This document shows positions 9,494 through 19,544 of a stretch of DNA of 38,675 nt, in pieces. The notes beneath the pieces are model-generated. The model did not search any database, had not been told where the DNA came from, and saw nothing but the letters and a program-made list of their open reading frames with translations. Both the position numbers and the translations under genes were made by a program. Numbering within the stretch: position 1 is the first letter of the stretch; every line of letters begins with the position of its first letter. The DNA is from a virus (lineage: Duplodnaviria > Heunggongvirae > Uroviricota > Caudoviricetes), in the IMG/VR virus record IMGVR_UViG_2563366911_000004; one strand, written 5' to 3'.

Positions 9494-10056
9494 AACCTCA
9501 GTTGTTGTTTCAGTGCATACCCCAGCTGTTTCGGCATTTCCGCAGCAATGATGCGGTCGCGGGCATCTTCAAATGCCTGTGTCAGCGGTCCGGACAGCGG
9601 GATTTTCACCACATCAATGGGGTAACGATTTTTGCCATCAATACGCCGCATCACATGCCAACGACCATTCGCCAGTTGCTGAATAAACGCATCCCGGAAA
9701 AGATATTTACCCACCTTCAGCACACTGCCACGGTACTGCAGTTTTCCACCACGCCGGGCCAGTCTGACCCGGGCTGTCCCCAGCTTAATGGCAGGCAGAT
9801 TGCCCCGGTTAACGCGGATCCTGGCCGTCATTTTTCCTGACGGACTGGCTTTAAACACCCGGACACGCTGACGTACCAGTTTCAGGAGGATCCCTTTCAC
9901 CTGGTTATCTCCCGCAACGGTATTCCCGGCAACCTGCCGGGTGGTAACCGAGACCGCTTTCTGTGCCACACGGTTTATCGCCCATGCGCTGGCCTGTGGC
10001 ACCATACGGGTATCAAGGCTGTTCAGATTGCGGATGGCATTCTCAAGCCCCTTCAT
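9478..10056 (-). CDS. Z: Tail completion protein Z
   Basis: 192 aa, same length and position as lambda Z, between the head-completion genes and U. Confidence 0.8.
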   Translation of the reverse strand: MKGLENAIRNLNSLDTRMVPQASAWAINRVAQKAVSVTTRQVAGNTVAGDNQVKGILLKLVRQRVRVFKASPSGKMTARIRVNRGNLPAIKLGTARVRLARRGGKLQYRGSVLKVGKYLFRDAFIQQLANGRWHVMRRIDGKNRYPIDVVKIPLSGPLTQAFEDARDRIIAAEMPKQLGYALKQQLRLWLTR

Positions 10057-10067
10057 CCCACACCTCT

Positions 10068-10343
10068 TTACTCAATAAAGATCATTGGCTTACCGTTAAA
10101 GCGTTCATGCCGTGTGACCGTCCATTGTTGTCCGTCATAAACAACGCGATCCCCGCGCCGTGGGCGGTATCCCGAAGAAAACACCACCAGAGAGACCGCA
10201 GGTCCGGACAGAGCATTCAGCTCTGCCAGTGTTTCTCCCGGGATCACAGTCATATCGACATCATTAATCGAGGCTGTCTTTCCCATCTTTCTAACCGTGA
10301 TAGCATCCATACGCGCTGCCAGCCGGGAAAAGGGATCAGACAT
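10068..10343 (-). CDS. Head completion / head-tail connector protein (lambda FII position); sequence not lambda FII-like
   Basis: 91 aa ORF between the capsid genes and Z, start overlapping the preceding gene. Assignment by position only. Confidence 0.45.
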   Translation of the reverse strand: MSDPFSRLAARMDAITVRKMGKTASINDVDMTVIPGETLAELNALSGPAVSLVVFSSGYRPRRGDRVVYDGQQWTVTRHERFNGKPMIFIE

Positions 10344-10704
10344 TGAGTTTTACCGGCACTTCTTCTGCACTGGTTCCGGCATCTGCCCAGACAACCCCGA
10401 CCAGCGGATCAGAGCCGCTGTTAGTCAGCTGAACTTTTCCGGACTTCAGATAAACCTTCTTACCCGTTTTCATGTCATCCGTTTTCAGCTTAGGCAGCAT
10501 AAACACACCTTCGGTCATGCCGTCGCCTGTTTCACCCTGTGGAATATCGGTCAGCGCCACCGCAAAAACATCGCCCACCTGCACCAGATCTCCGCTGCTG
10601 ATGGCTGCACTGGCAACAATCGCCACCGTTTTTCCTTCTTCTACAAAATTCTTTGCCATAACTGTCTCCGCACAGCCCCGTTCAGGGGCTGATTTCAGGT
10701 ACAA
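10336..10704 (-). CDS. Small head-associated protein (possible decoration / DUF2190-like), lambda D/FI position
   Basis: Probable true start ATG at 10659 (GGAGA SD 6 nt upstream), ~107 aa: MAKNFVEEGKTVAIVASAAISSGDLVQVGDVFAVALTDIPQGETGDGMTEGVFML.... Position immediately after the capsid gene. Confidence 0.45.
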   Translation of the reverse strand: MYLKSAPERGCAETVMAKNFVEEGKTVAIVASAAISSGDLVQVGDVFAVALTDIPQGETGDGMTEGVFMLPKLKTDDMKTGKKVYLKSGKVQLTNSGSDPLVGVVWADAGTSAEEVPVKLNV

Positions 10705-10745
10705 AAAAAGCCCTTACGGGCCATCAGAGTTGTTGTCTGCGACGT

Positions 10746-12965
10746 TTACGCCGTACATTTCACCAGACCGCGGTGATCAACTGGCGCGACACCGGCGTCA
10801 ATACGCACTTTCGTTGTCACGCCATCCACACTGAAGCCCTCCATCTGATCAATATATGGCGTATCCACACCGTTGAGATAAGCCACTTCAATCGTATCGG
10901 AGCCTTTTGACGCAGCCAGGTAGAAGGTGGTCTGGCTGTTATCATCAAGACGAGGCTCTGCAATAACGGTCGCAAAATCTTTCACCGGGTTAATAATACC
11001 GGCGTTAATGTCAGCCCCCTTGACACTTGAGGAGCGAATGACCTGGTTAGCAACAGACTCCATCGCCGTCGGTACCAGTACGAACGCAGGACGAATATTC
11101 AGATGACGCTCCCCCTCTTTCTGAACGCGCATCAACTGGCGGGCTTTATCCAGCGATGCCACGTCCATTGCCGCGCTCTCCAGTACGTTTGCATGTTTCG
11201 CTTTATCGAACAGACTTACATTATCTGTGGAGATTTTCGGGTTAGACGTCAGAATGGCATAAACCAGATCGGCAATAGTGGATTTCGCCGCACGGCCCAG
11301 CTTCATCGGGACATCGGTCAGCATATTCAGATCATCATTGATAATGGCCTGACGGGTGATACTGAACAGCTCGCCATAGGTCGCCAGTGCAATAGTGGCC
11401 TGTTTATCTCCGGTGGTGACGTATTTATATTCTGCCCCTTCACGCACCTGACGCAGAGCACTGAAGCCCCCCATACCCACACGATGGGCAATTTTAAAAT
11501 CAGACAACTGACCTTTCCGCGTCCACTGTTCATAGGTTTCAGGGGCATCTTCCCAGCCCTGCAGAATGGCTTTGTTCGCAACATCCAGCAGAATATTACC
11601 GAAGTCAGACGTACTGTGTGTCAACGCCGCACCGACCATCTGCATCGGGTTATAACTGGAAACACCAATACCACGTTCAGTTAGTGACATACGGGCATAT
11701 TCACGCAGGGTCATCCCGTTGTAGACATTATCACGTTCGGTTTTTTCAAACCCGGCGCGCGCCATCAGCGCCTGGCGGATCCCGTCCCCCACAAAATTAC
11801 CGTTACCGGCATAAATATGAGCCGGGGTATTTTTATTGGATGGCGTGGACTCGCGCCCCATCTCGTTCAACAGCTTTTCGCGGGCCTGCTCCAGCGAACA
11901 TTCAGGATCGGCAAGACACTGAGCCTGCAACGACTGATAACGCCCGCCAAACATGGCAAACAGATCATTAATACCGTTTACACGCGCTTTTTGCTCTGCT
12001 AGGACTTGCGCACGGATGCTGTTTTCATCCACCACGGGTGCTGCTGCCTGCACTGGCGTCCGGGAGGCTGCAGGTCCATCATCCTGTACGCGTGGAGCAC
12101 TGTTGCGTGGCGGAGTAATCATATTTCGAATGGATTCCGGCATCTTTTTAAATTCCTCTGTACGTTTTGACTGAATACATGCCATTGCCTTAACGGCTGG
12201 TGTCACCTGATCAGCAAATCCATGTGCCAGACATTCGGCACCGGACATCCAGGTCTCATCCGCCAGCATGGCAGCAATTTCATCGGTGGTTTTCCCGGTT
12301 TTCTGTGCATAAGCGGGTAACAGAACCGCCTCAACTTTATCGAGCAGGTCGGCATAGGTGCGCATGTCCTCCGCATCACCGCCCGTAAAGCCAAATGGTT
12401 TATGAATCATCATGAAGGTGTTTTCCGGCATAATGACCGGGTTTCCCACCATCGCAATGACCGACGCCATTGACGCCGCCACACCGTCGACATAAACGGT
12501 AATGGACGCACCATGTGTTTTCAGCGCATTAAAAATGGCGATGCCTTCAAAGACATCGCCACCCGGTGAATTAATATGGAGATTAATGTGGGTGATATCG
12601 CCCAGTGCATTCAGATCACTGATAAACTGCTTCGCTGTAACACCCCAGAAACCAATCTCGTCATAAATATAAATATCCGCGTCACTCTGGTGACCAGCCT
12701 GCATCCTGAACCAGGAATTATTCTTCGGACTGGTCGTCGGTGTGCTGCGGCTCCTGTCGTTTCGTTGCGGCACTGCTGCCTCCTTTATCACTGGCCGGAT
12801 CGGTATCAAATACCAGATCCAGCTTGCGGTTTTCATCAATTTCGGCCTTGCGCCGACGTTTGACATCATCCGGATTACGACCACCAGCACGTACCCAGTC
12901 TGATTCTGTCGCCGCTCCACCACGAATCTGGATTTTCCAGGCCTCAGCCTCCTTAACAGGGTCAA
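10746..12965 (-). CDS. Prohead protease (ClpP-like serine protease) fused in frame to a major capsid protein (Mu gpT-like C-terminal domain)
   Basis: N-terminal part has ClpP/S14 hallmarks (NSPGGDVFEGIAIFNAL...VDGVAASMASVIAMVG...MIHKP); C-terminal ~300 aa looks like a major head subunit (...TFYLAASKGSDTIEVAYLNGVDTPYIDQMEGFSVDGVTTKVRIDAGVAP...). The ORF-track start overlaps the portal gene by ~250 nt; a more likely start is ATG 12704 (MQAGHQSDADIYIYDEIGF...), ~652 aa. Confidence 0.8.
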   Translation of the reverse strand: MTLLRRLRPGKSRFVVERRQNQTGYVLVVVIRMMSNVGARPKLMKTASWIWYLIPIRPVIKEAAVPQRNDRSRSTPTTSPKNNSWFRMQAGHQSDADIYIYDEIGFWGVTAKQFISDLNALGDITHINLHINSPGGDVFEGIAIFNALKTHGASITVYVDGVAASMASVIAMVGNPVIMPENTFMMIHKPFGFTGGDAEDMRTYADLLDKVEAVLLPAYAQKTGKTTDEIAAMLADETWMSGAECLAHGFADQVTPAVKAMACIQSKRTEEFKKMPESIRNMITPPRNSAPRVQDDGPAASRTPVQAAAPVVDENSIRAQVLAEQKARVNGINDLFAMFGGRYQSLQAQCLADPECSLEQAREKLLNEMGRESTPSNKNTPAHIYAGNGNFVGDGIRQALMARAGFEKTERDNVYNGMTLREYARMSLTERGIGVSSYNPMQMVGAALTHSTSDFGNILLDVANKAILQGWEDAPETYEQWTRKGQLSDFKIAHRVGMGGFSALRQVREGAEYKYVTTGDKQATIALATYGELFSITRQAIINDDLNMLTDVPMKLGRAAKSTIADLVYAILTSNPKISTDNVSLFDKAKHANVLESAAMDVASLDKARQLMRVQKEGERHLNIRPAFVLVPTAMESVANQVIRSSSVKGADINAGIINPVKDFATVIAEPRLDDNSQTTFYLAASKGSDTIEVAYLNGVDTPYIDQMEGFSVDGVTTKVRIDAGVAPVDHRGLVKCTA

Positions 12966-14298
12966 TCCACGGCATCACCGGTCCGGAATACACCGCGGTA
13001 TACAGTGAAGAACGGTCAAGATCGCGGGGTAGCCTGATAACACCGGATGCCACAGCCTGTTTCAGCCAGGCACGATACATCGGGCGGGTGACGGCACCAA
13101 TAAACCAGTCCTGCAGGATCAGGTAGCCATCAGTGGATTCAACCAGCTCCTGACGCTGGGCGCTGTAAGTGCCGTTATAGTTGCGCGCTGTACTGGAAAA
13201 ACTCAGACGACTGCCCGCCGCCACGGCACGCAACTGACCATTACGAAAAGTTTCAAGGTTAGGATTGGGGCGATCCGACTTCACCATTCCGATTTCTTCG
13301 CCGGGTTTCAGATCATCGTAAATAATGCCTGGCTGAATGGTAAGCTCGCGTTCCTTATCCTTGCTGCCATTACCATCCGCTTCATAGCTCTGCCCGTCGC
13401 CTTTCCGGATGTACATCCCCAGAGCAGCGGCGATCCTTGCTGCAGTCAGCTCAGAATCTTCATACTCTTTCAGGGCACTGAGGCGGATCAGCACACCGGA
13501 CAACAAAGACGTCCCGCGCATCTGGTGCAGACGGCGAACAAATTTAAGATGCAGCATTCGCTCTGCATCCACTTCTTTGGTTTCCATCTGCCGTCCGGAT
13601 ACAGGACGACTTTTATACACCAGATATTTTTCGGGACGCCCCCAGTCATCAACAAACACGCCCTGATTCAGCCTGTTGCTCTCATCACTGGTCATGGGAA
13701 TAAAGTCTGGCTCGAGCGCCTCCAGCCAGAAATGAACACCGGCAGAAGGCGTCAGGCTGTTTATGCGCCCGGAAACCATCTGGGCAAACACCTCACCATC
13801 GCGCAGCCAGGTACGCAGCATCAGACGTTCCAGCATCGGACGGGTAAACTGCCCGGTGACTTCCGGACTGACAGACCATTCACTCCATCGGGTGCGTATC
13901 TCCGCAGCCAGATCACGGGCAATGGCCCCATTGCGTAATACCGGATGTGGCTCGACAATAATCCCGTTTTTCCCCACCACCCGTTCTTCCAGCTTGTCAA
14001 ATACACCAATGACCAGATCGTGGTTGTTATCAAGGTAACGGGCCTGCTCACGTAACGACACGGCCCCGTACTGGCTTAACTGGTCGGCAGTTCGGTTCTC
14101 CCGTCGGGCTTTGTGTGTCCGCGTCGTTTTTACGGCCTCATAAGCCTGGATCACCGCACGGGAACGCAGCCTTGCCGCTTTCCATCCTGGTGAAAAAACG
14201 CCAATCACATCATCAAGAATTGCCATCAGAACCTCGCCAGCCGGTACCCGGGATGCCCCCGTCGTCGTGTAATCAGAGCCGCAAGGCGGCGCTCCCAC
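12718..14298 (-). CDS. Portal protein (lambda B family)
   Basis: ~500 aa ORF directly downstream of terminase and W; probable start ATG 14226 overlapping W stop (TGATG). Confidence 0.85.
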   Translation of the reverse strand: MGAPPCGSDYTTTGASRVPAGEVLMAILDDVIGVFSPGWKAARLRSRAVIQAYEAVKTTRTHKARRENRTADQLSQYGAVSLREQARYLDNNHDLVIGVFDKLEERVVGKNGIIVEPHPVLRNGAIARDLAAEIRTRWSEWSVSPEVTGQFTRPMLERLMLRTWLRDGEVFAQMVSGRINSLTPSAGVHFWLEALEPDFIPMTSDESNRLNQGVFVDDWGRPEKYLVYKSRPVSGRQMETKEVDAERMLHLKFVRRLHQMRGTSLLSGVLIRLSALKEYEDSELTAARIAAALGMYIRKGDGQSYEADGNGSKDKERELTIQPGIIYDDLKPGEEIGMVKSDRPNPNLETFRNGQLRAVAAGSRLSFSSTARNYNGTYSAQRQELVESTDGYLILQDWFIGAVTRPMYRAWLKQAVASGVIRLPRDLDRSSLYTAVYSGPVMPWIDPVKEAEAWKIQIRGGAATESDWVRAGGRNPDDVKRRRKAEIDENRKLDLVFDTDPASDKGGSSAATKRQEPQHTDDQSEE

Positions 14299-14444
14299 TC
14301 CTGCCGCCCCTGCCGGATCTCAGATAAGTTTTCCATGGTCATCTGCTGACCATTAAAAGTGACGGATTTTCCGTCCAGCACCGCCATTTCAGCTTCCGTA
14401 TAACGCTGAATCATGGCTTCGATATCATTCTGGTTCATAACCAT
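14226..14444 (-). CDS. Head-tail joining protein W-like
   Basis: ~70 aa ORF between terminase large subunit and portal; C-terminus ...RRRGHPGYRLARF resembles lambda W C-terminus (...RRRGPAGFYV). Probable start ATG 14438 in ATGA overlap with terminase stop. Confidence 0.65.
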   Translation of the reverse strand: MVMNQNDIEAMIQRYTEAEMAVLDGKSVTFNGQQMTMENLSEIRQGRQEWERRLAALITRRRGHPGYRLARF

Positions 14445-16534
14445 CCTCCAGAAGTCAGCCAGGGGTTAACATCGTCAGTTACTGTTTTCTTCCGTTTTTG
14501 TTTTTTAACAGGCGTGGATACCGGTTCCGGTGAGGATGACGGTTCGGTACTGTCCTGGACACACTCCAGCCAGGTTTCCCGGCTCGCCCACTCCGGTGCA
14601 TCCGGCCAGCGGATCTTTTCGTATCCATGCAGAATGACCAGAGCCTCGGCATACACCATCAGGTCAAAAGCTTCGTTGGCACCGCGACCCGGCTTACTCC
14701 ATTTCCCGTCACTGCTTCGCTCTTCATACGTCAGTTCGTCGTAAAACCAGCTCCCCAGCCAGTCAGGGAAATGCACATAGCCTGGACCTGGCGAGTCACG
14801 CCATAACGCGTTATTCACCCGGTCTTTCAGGGCATCCGTCTGAAGAAGCCAGAGCGGCACATCACCTGCGGCCTGCGCCCGGCGGCCCGTTCGTCCGGTG
14901 TTATCAGGGAATGTACGGCTGATCAGTTTTGCGCGCCGGATGCTGTCACCCTTAAACAGGTAAATACGTTTACCAAGGCCATCACGACGGCAACGACGCC
15001 AGAATTTATAGGCATTATCAGTGACCCCGTCTTCACCGCCGGAGTCCACCGCCATTGCCATCAGTCGCATTTGTTGAGAAGGATCGGAGGCCAGCGGCCA
15101 GCTTTTATGAAAAACATCCGTCAGCAGGACATCCCAGTCTTCCGGATAGCTGGCCGGATCAATTCGCTGGCTCTCCCCGTCGCAGTCACTGCGCAATGAC
15201 TGCGTGATGTTGTAACGATCAATAATCCAGCGTTCGCCACGACTGCCATAGCCCGTTACCTGAACCACAAAACGGCGATGACGTCCCGCCTGCACATCCA
15301 CTGTCGCCACAAGGAAATTAATGCCATCCGGCACACTGCGGGAAGGAACTGGCTCTGCCCGCTGCTCAAGCAGTTCACTTTTTCGTTGCTCCATGCTGGC
15401 ACGAGGAAGATAAGGCAATCCCCAGTCGGTGTTGATAACCGCCCTGAGTGTTTCTTCGCTTCCTGTCGCTTCATACTCCTGTTCTGCAGTCAGTAATTTG
15501 TAAACCAGTTGCGCCCAGGTCTGATACGCAGCAGCTGGCCCTTCCATCCAGAAACTGGCGATACGGGAGCGGCGCGGTTCACCGGAAACGTTGCCGTTAC
15601 GATCAATGACCTGACCTTCACGCAACCAGACTCCTGCACTATTGAGCTCACGCTTTTTCTCCGCAGTGATAATGCCGCTGCAGTGCGGGCAAAGTAGATA
15701 CGCCGCCTCACTGGCTTTAAAGGGATCCGGTTCATTACGGTAGCCGGTCATGGCATCCATGGCTGGCTGAAAATATTCACCGCAGTGCGGACATGACCAG
15801 TACCAGCGGCGGCGGTCACCACGATTGTAAAGGGAAAGAATACCAGTCGTCGGTGGCGCTTCATGAGGCGACTTACGTCGCCATTTGCTGTCGCAGATGT
15901 CACGTCCCGGCGAGCTCTCCACCAGAGTCATCCCGGCGGACATAAATGTGGTGGTACGTTTTGAGGCCAGGGAGAAACCATCACCCTCGCTGTCGATATT
16001 CTCCGGAAAACGGTCGTAATCGGTTAAGGCGACAAACCGGTAATCCGACGACGACATAATGTTGACCGAGGGCCAACCAATTTTAAGGAACGAGCCATCC
16101 CTGAACGTCTTATCATGGACATTATTGTCGTTACGACGTGGACTCATTCTTTTCTTTACCGCCGCACTGCTTCTGAACGTTCTGTCGAGGCGCTTTTTAG
16201 AATGCTCGCGGGCCTTATCTTCGGTCATCTGCACAACGAGCATGTCCGAAGGATCGCAAACGATGGTATAGACAATCCATCCATCGATCAGACCAATGGT
16301 CTTCCCTGTTCGCGCAGGACCAACAAAAATCACCGCATCGTATTCACGCGATGCCAGGCAGTTCATGGGCTCAATGATGTAGGGTGTCAGTTCAGGATCC
16401 CATGGCACCGAGTTACCAGCCCCCTTGGGAACACGCATGAATTTTTTAACAGCCTCCGAAATCGGCATGCGACGTGGTGGGGAAAATCCTGCCGATATGT
16501 CCCTTCCCAAATTTCGGGCTGATGAAAAACCCAT
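14435..16534 (-). CDS. Terminase large subunit (lambda gpA family)
   Basis: 699 aa; ATP-binding P-loop-like VGPARTGKT, zinc-ribbon-like CPHCG...CPHC, acidic nuclease region; strong SD TAGGAGGAATA before ATG 16534. Confidence 0.9.
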   Translation of the reverse strand: MGFSSARNLGRDISAGFSPPRRMPISEAVKKFMRVPKGAGNSVPWDPELTPYIIEPMNCLASREYDAVIFVGPARTGKTIGLIDGWIVYTIVCDPSDMLVVQMTEDKAREHSKKRLDRTFRSSAAVKKRMSPRRNDNNVHDKTFRDGSFLKIGWPSVNIMSSSDYRFVALTDYDRFPENIDSEGDGFSLASKRTTTFMSAGMTLVESSPGRDICDSKWRRKSPHEAPPTTGILSLYNRGDRRRWYWSCPHCGEYFQPAMDAMTGYRNEPDPFKASEAAYLLCPHCSGIITAEKKRELNSAGVWLREGQVIDRNGNVSGEPRRSRIASFWMEGPAAAYQTWAQLVYKLLTAEQEYEATGSEETLRAVINTDWGLPYLPRASMEQRKSELLEQRAEPVPSRSVPDGINFLVATVDVQAGRHRRFVVQVTGYGSRGERWIIDRYNITQSLRSDCDGESQRIDPASYPEDWDVLLTDVFHKSWPLASDPSQQMRLMAMAVDSGGEDGVTDNAYKFWRRCRRDGLGKRIYLFKGDSIRRAKLISRTFPDNTGRTGRRAQAAGDVPLWLLQTDALKDRVNNALWRDSPGPGYVHFPDWLGSWFYDELTYEERSSDGKWSKPGRGANEAFDLMVYAEALVILHGYEKIRWPDAPEWASRETWLECVQDSTEPSSSPEPVSTPVKKQKRKKTVTDDVNPWLTSGGWL

Positions 16535-16542
16535 TATTCCTC

Positions 16543-17100
16543 CTAGAGACTCTCTCCTTCCTCATCAGGAATTAATTCAGCAGCACAAGCCTCGTAGGAT
16601 TTTTCCTGAAGAGTGTATCGCAGGTCATCAATTGCCTGCTGTACAACGCCGACGGCCTGAGGAGTCAGGGCGCAATCGCGTTCAAGAACATCCGGAATTG
16701 TCTCCAGAACCTGGACGACAGCCTTTCTCATGGACGAATAGACGATGACTACTTCATCAACGGGGATGAGTTTTCGCTGCTCCTTTTCCAGCTTGATCCT
16801 TTCATTTTCAGACTGGTACCAGTCCTTTCTCTCTTTCGGCTCCATACGGGATGGATCATGAACAGAGTCTGCTGCCTCATGCTTCACACTAAACAGGGCT
16901 GGCCCGACATGCTGCAGGGCGTAAACGGGGTTCCCCCTGACAGTCGCAGCCACAGGAGTGTTGGCCGCGAGAAGCCGTTTTTTTACTGTGTCCCGGTGAA
17001 GCCCAAAGGCCTCAGCGATTTTAAAAACACTCCAGTAATAAGCATCACCGATCCCGCTCACATTTGACATAAGCAACTCCATCTGGCAGGTGAAAATCAT
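16543..17100 (-). CDS. Terminase small subunit (Nu1-like, N-terminal HTH)
   Basis: Precedes the large subunit with 9-nt spacing. Probable true start ATG 17070 (MSNVSGIGDAYYWSVFKIAEAFGLHRDTVKKRL..., GGAG 8 nt upstream). Confidence 0.7.
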   Translation of the reverse strand: MIFTCQMELLMSNVSGIGDAYYWSVFKIAEAFGLHRDTVKKRLLAANTPVAATVRGNPVYALQHVGPALFSVKHEAADSVHDPSRMEPKERKDWYQSENERIKLEKEQRKLIPVDEVVIVYSSMRKAVVQVLETIPDVLERDCALTPQAVGVVQQAIDDLRYTLQEKSYEACAAELIPDEEGESL

Positions 17101-17199
17101 GTTTATTTATATATTTCAATTAATTGTAAACTGGTCTAATGACAGGGAGAAAAAAATATTGTACAGGTGAAAAGATAAATAACTTTTAATTATCAATAA

Positions 17200-17330
17200 A
17201 TTACCAAACATGCTGCCGCCGCCATGGAAATGCAAAAACTAGCCTTTTTCCGCGACGCTCCCGCCCCGTGGCAGGGGCCCCCACCGGGAGGACCCGACAG
17301 CCTGACAGCCGTGACGAGCATCTGATACAG
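17200..17330. other. Candidate cos region (GC-rich partially symmetric segment plus AT-rich IHF-like site) upstream of the small terminase gene
   Basis: GC-rich block 17250-17320 (CGCGACGCTCCCGCCCCGTGGCAGGGGCCCCCACCGGGAGGACCCGAC) about 200 nt upstream of the Nu1-like start, flanked by AT-rich DNA containing TATCAATAAATTA (IHF-consensus-like). Location and composition only. Confidence 0.35.
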
Positions 17331-17627
17331 CGCTTTACATAATGGCATAGGAATAATTCAGAAGGACATCACTGCATGCCCACACAAATTAGTGTGAGTG
17401 TCCTGTTTCTTCCTACGCACAGGACTGACGAGCATGAGGGGAAAATACGCGAACCATAAATGCCTCATCTTCAGCAATGCAGCCGAACAGGACGATATTG
17501 TAAATTCACCTAATTACGAGGACATTGCAGTAGTTGAATTGCAGCTCTGTATTAGCCTGACAGTGACAGAATGCGATATTGACTCTGTCACAGGTGAAAT
17601 AGTTTGAATGATTAGCAGTTATGGTGC

Positions 17628-17834
17628 TCAGTCAACCACCAGGGAATAATCCTTCGAATTCTTATCGTGCTTCACCAACGCTGCCTCAATTGCCCTGAAT
17701 GCTTCCAGAGACACCTGATGTTCTATACATGCAATTACAACATCCGGGTAACTCATAGAAATGGTGCTATTAAGCATATTTTTTACACGAATCAGATCCA
17801 ACGAGAGTTCATCAGCAGATTGTTCTTTATTCAT
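17628..17834 (-). CDS. Hypothetical small protein
   Basis: 68 aa ORF with GGAG 9 nt upstream of ATG; between cos region and ydfO-like gene. Confidence 0.35.
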   Translation of the reverse strand: MNKEQSADELSLDLIRVKNMLNSTISMSYPDVVIACIEHQVSLEAFRAIEAALVKHDKNSKDYSLVVD

Positions 17835-18119
17835 TTTGTCGCTCCATGCGTTTGCTCGTCATCTAGCGGTTAAAATATTACTTCAAATCTTTCTGCATAA
17901 AAGAGGAAAAGTATGAAAATTTGAGTACATCGACCTTACATACATCTGTCGGTTGCATATCCCTCCTGGATGCCAGCAAGGCTCAACTTTGTTACGCAAC
18001 CAACACTATTTATTGAAAACAGGCTTAATATTTGACATAAATCATCAACAAAACACAAAGAGGTCAGACCAGATTGAAACAATAAACACGATAATGCAAA
18101 CTACGCGTCATCGTATCAC

Positions 18120-18545
18120 ATGGAAGGTTTACCAATGGCTCAGGCTGCCATTTTTAAAGAAATATTCGATCAAGTGCGTAAAGATTTAAACTGTGAATTA
18201 TTTTATTCTGAGCTAAAACGTCACAATGTCTCACTTTATATTTACTATTTAGCCACAGATAATATTCACATTGTGTTAGAAAACGACAACATAGTGTTAG
18301 TAAAAGGACTCAAAAAGGTTGTAAATGTTAAATTCTCCAGAAACAAACATCTTATAGAGACCTCCTATAATAAGTTGAAATCAAAAGAAATCACATTTCA
18401 ACAATACAGGGAAAATCTTGCTAAAGCAGGAGTTTTCCGATGGGTTACAAATATCCATGAACACCAAAGATATTACTATACCTTTGATAACTCATTACTA
18501 TTTACTGAAAGCATCCAGAAAACCACACAAATCTTACCACGCTAA
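18120..18545 (+). CDS. ydfO: DUF1398-family protein, YdfO-like
   Basis: Probable start ATG 18135 ([33 protein letters not shown]...); recognised from memory as Qin prophage YdfO-like. Confidence 0.7.
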   Translation: MEGLPMAQAAIFKEIFDQVRKDLNCELFYSELKRHNVSLYIYYLATDNIHIVLENDNIVLVKGLKKVVNVKFSRNKHLIETSYNKLKSKEITFQQYRENLAKAGVFRWVTNIHEHQRYYYTFDNSLLFTESIQKTTQILPR

Positions 18546-18696
18546 ACCATAACGTCCGGCTTCTCTCACTCCTGAGCCGGACTGCATTGGTTTAATAAAA
18601 ACCATCAACAATTGTGATTTAGATATTCGGAACCATTCAAATATAACAAAACCCCGTAAAAACGAGGTTTATGGATAAATTTTATTATTGAATACA

Positions 18697-18870
18697 TCAG
18701 ATTAAATTAATCTTGACATCATAGCTTTCAAGACCCGTCATTTTTTCCCGTGCGGTAAACTGAATACTGGTAACTTCTTTCCCGGTCTTTTTCTTAAGTT
18801 CAATAATTTTTTTTGTTATATATTCAGAAATATCTGCTTCTGCTTTTGTTTTTAAGTCTTCAATATTCAT
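18697..18870 (-). CDS. gnsB: GnsA/GnsB-family small protein
   Basis: 57 aa ORF not in the provided track: MNIEDLKTKAEADISEYITKKIIELKKKTGKEVTSIQFTAREKMTGLESYDVKINLI; GAGGAA SD upstream. Confidence 0.7.
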   Translation of the reverse strand: MNIEDLKTKAEADISEYITKKIIELKKKTGKEVTSIQFTAREKMTGLESYDVKINLI

Positions 18871-19042
18871 CATTTCCTCTTTTAGTCTGTTATGACTTTC
18901 CAGTTACACTGGTAAGTCGATTATATGGTGCAAACGTGTAAAAGATAAGATGAAACATCGCAATAATCAACATACGATAGTCTAAATTTTACACAAACAG
19001 ACAAAGAGAATTTTCCTGAATTATCAATGCAATAGCATCAAA

Positions 19043-19315
19043 TCAACTCAAGAGCCTTATTGCTGCTTCCAGAATTTCTTCTGAAGTAACATGCCGATCC
19101 GCGGCTACATAAATGACTTTATGATCTCCGGTCAGAGATGGAAACCCTGCGGCCATTACAGTAAGGTGTGTTTTTTCGCCATTTGGATATTCACGCATGA
19201 TGGTGTTAACTCCAGTCATCGCTGGCACTACCACTGCTGGTTCAGAGTTAAAAAAAACTATGATTTTTTTCATGATGTTACCGTAGTATGTGAGTATCCA
19301 TCGAATAGACACCAA
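19043..19315 (-). CDS. Small prophage protein (YnfN-like position)
   Basis: Probable start ATG 19273 (MKKIIVFFNSEPAVVVPAMTGVNTIMREYPNGEKTHLTVMAAGFPSLTGDHKVIYVAADRHVTSEEILEAAIRLLS, 76 aa). Confidence 0.5.
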   Translation of the reverse strand: MVSIRWILTYYGNIMKKIIVFFNSEPAVVVPAMTGVNTIMREYPNGEKTHLTVMAAGFPSLTGDHKVIYVAADRHVTSEEILEAAIRLLS

Positions 19316-19544
19316 GCAAAAAAGCTCCCGAAGGAGCCTTCATTTTCACTTTTTTAAATCCAACGACAGACGGCTGGCATTTAAGTATTGTGAAATATTA
19401 TCAAATGTAATCATCATTGATTTACAAAAGATACATTTTGCCCCGAAAGGATTCATGTCAGAAACATCAAAAGATGATGTTCTATACTGGGAACCATGAC
19501 AACACGGGCATCTAAAGTGAATATGGTTTGTAATATTGTCTACC

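Noticed and set aside
11103-12174. + strand ORFs of 61-193 aa
   Set aside because: Antisense to the protease-capsid fusion gene.
12740-14051. + strand and nested ORFs in the portal gene
   Set aside because: Antisense or out-of-frame to the portal ORF.
15256-16522. Nested ORFs within the large terminase gene
   Set aside because: Shadow ORFs; the terminase frame is continuous and recognisable.
17398-17607. 69-aa + strand ORF next to the cos region
   Set aside because: No convincing SD, product not recognisable; may be chance ORF in the cos-proximal region. Left unannotated.
19091-19499. + strand ORFs of 88 and 69 aa
   Set aside because: Antisense to or overlapping the YnfN-like gene and its upstream region; no start signals.
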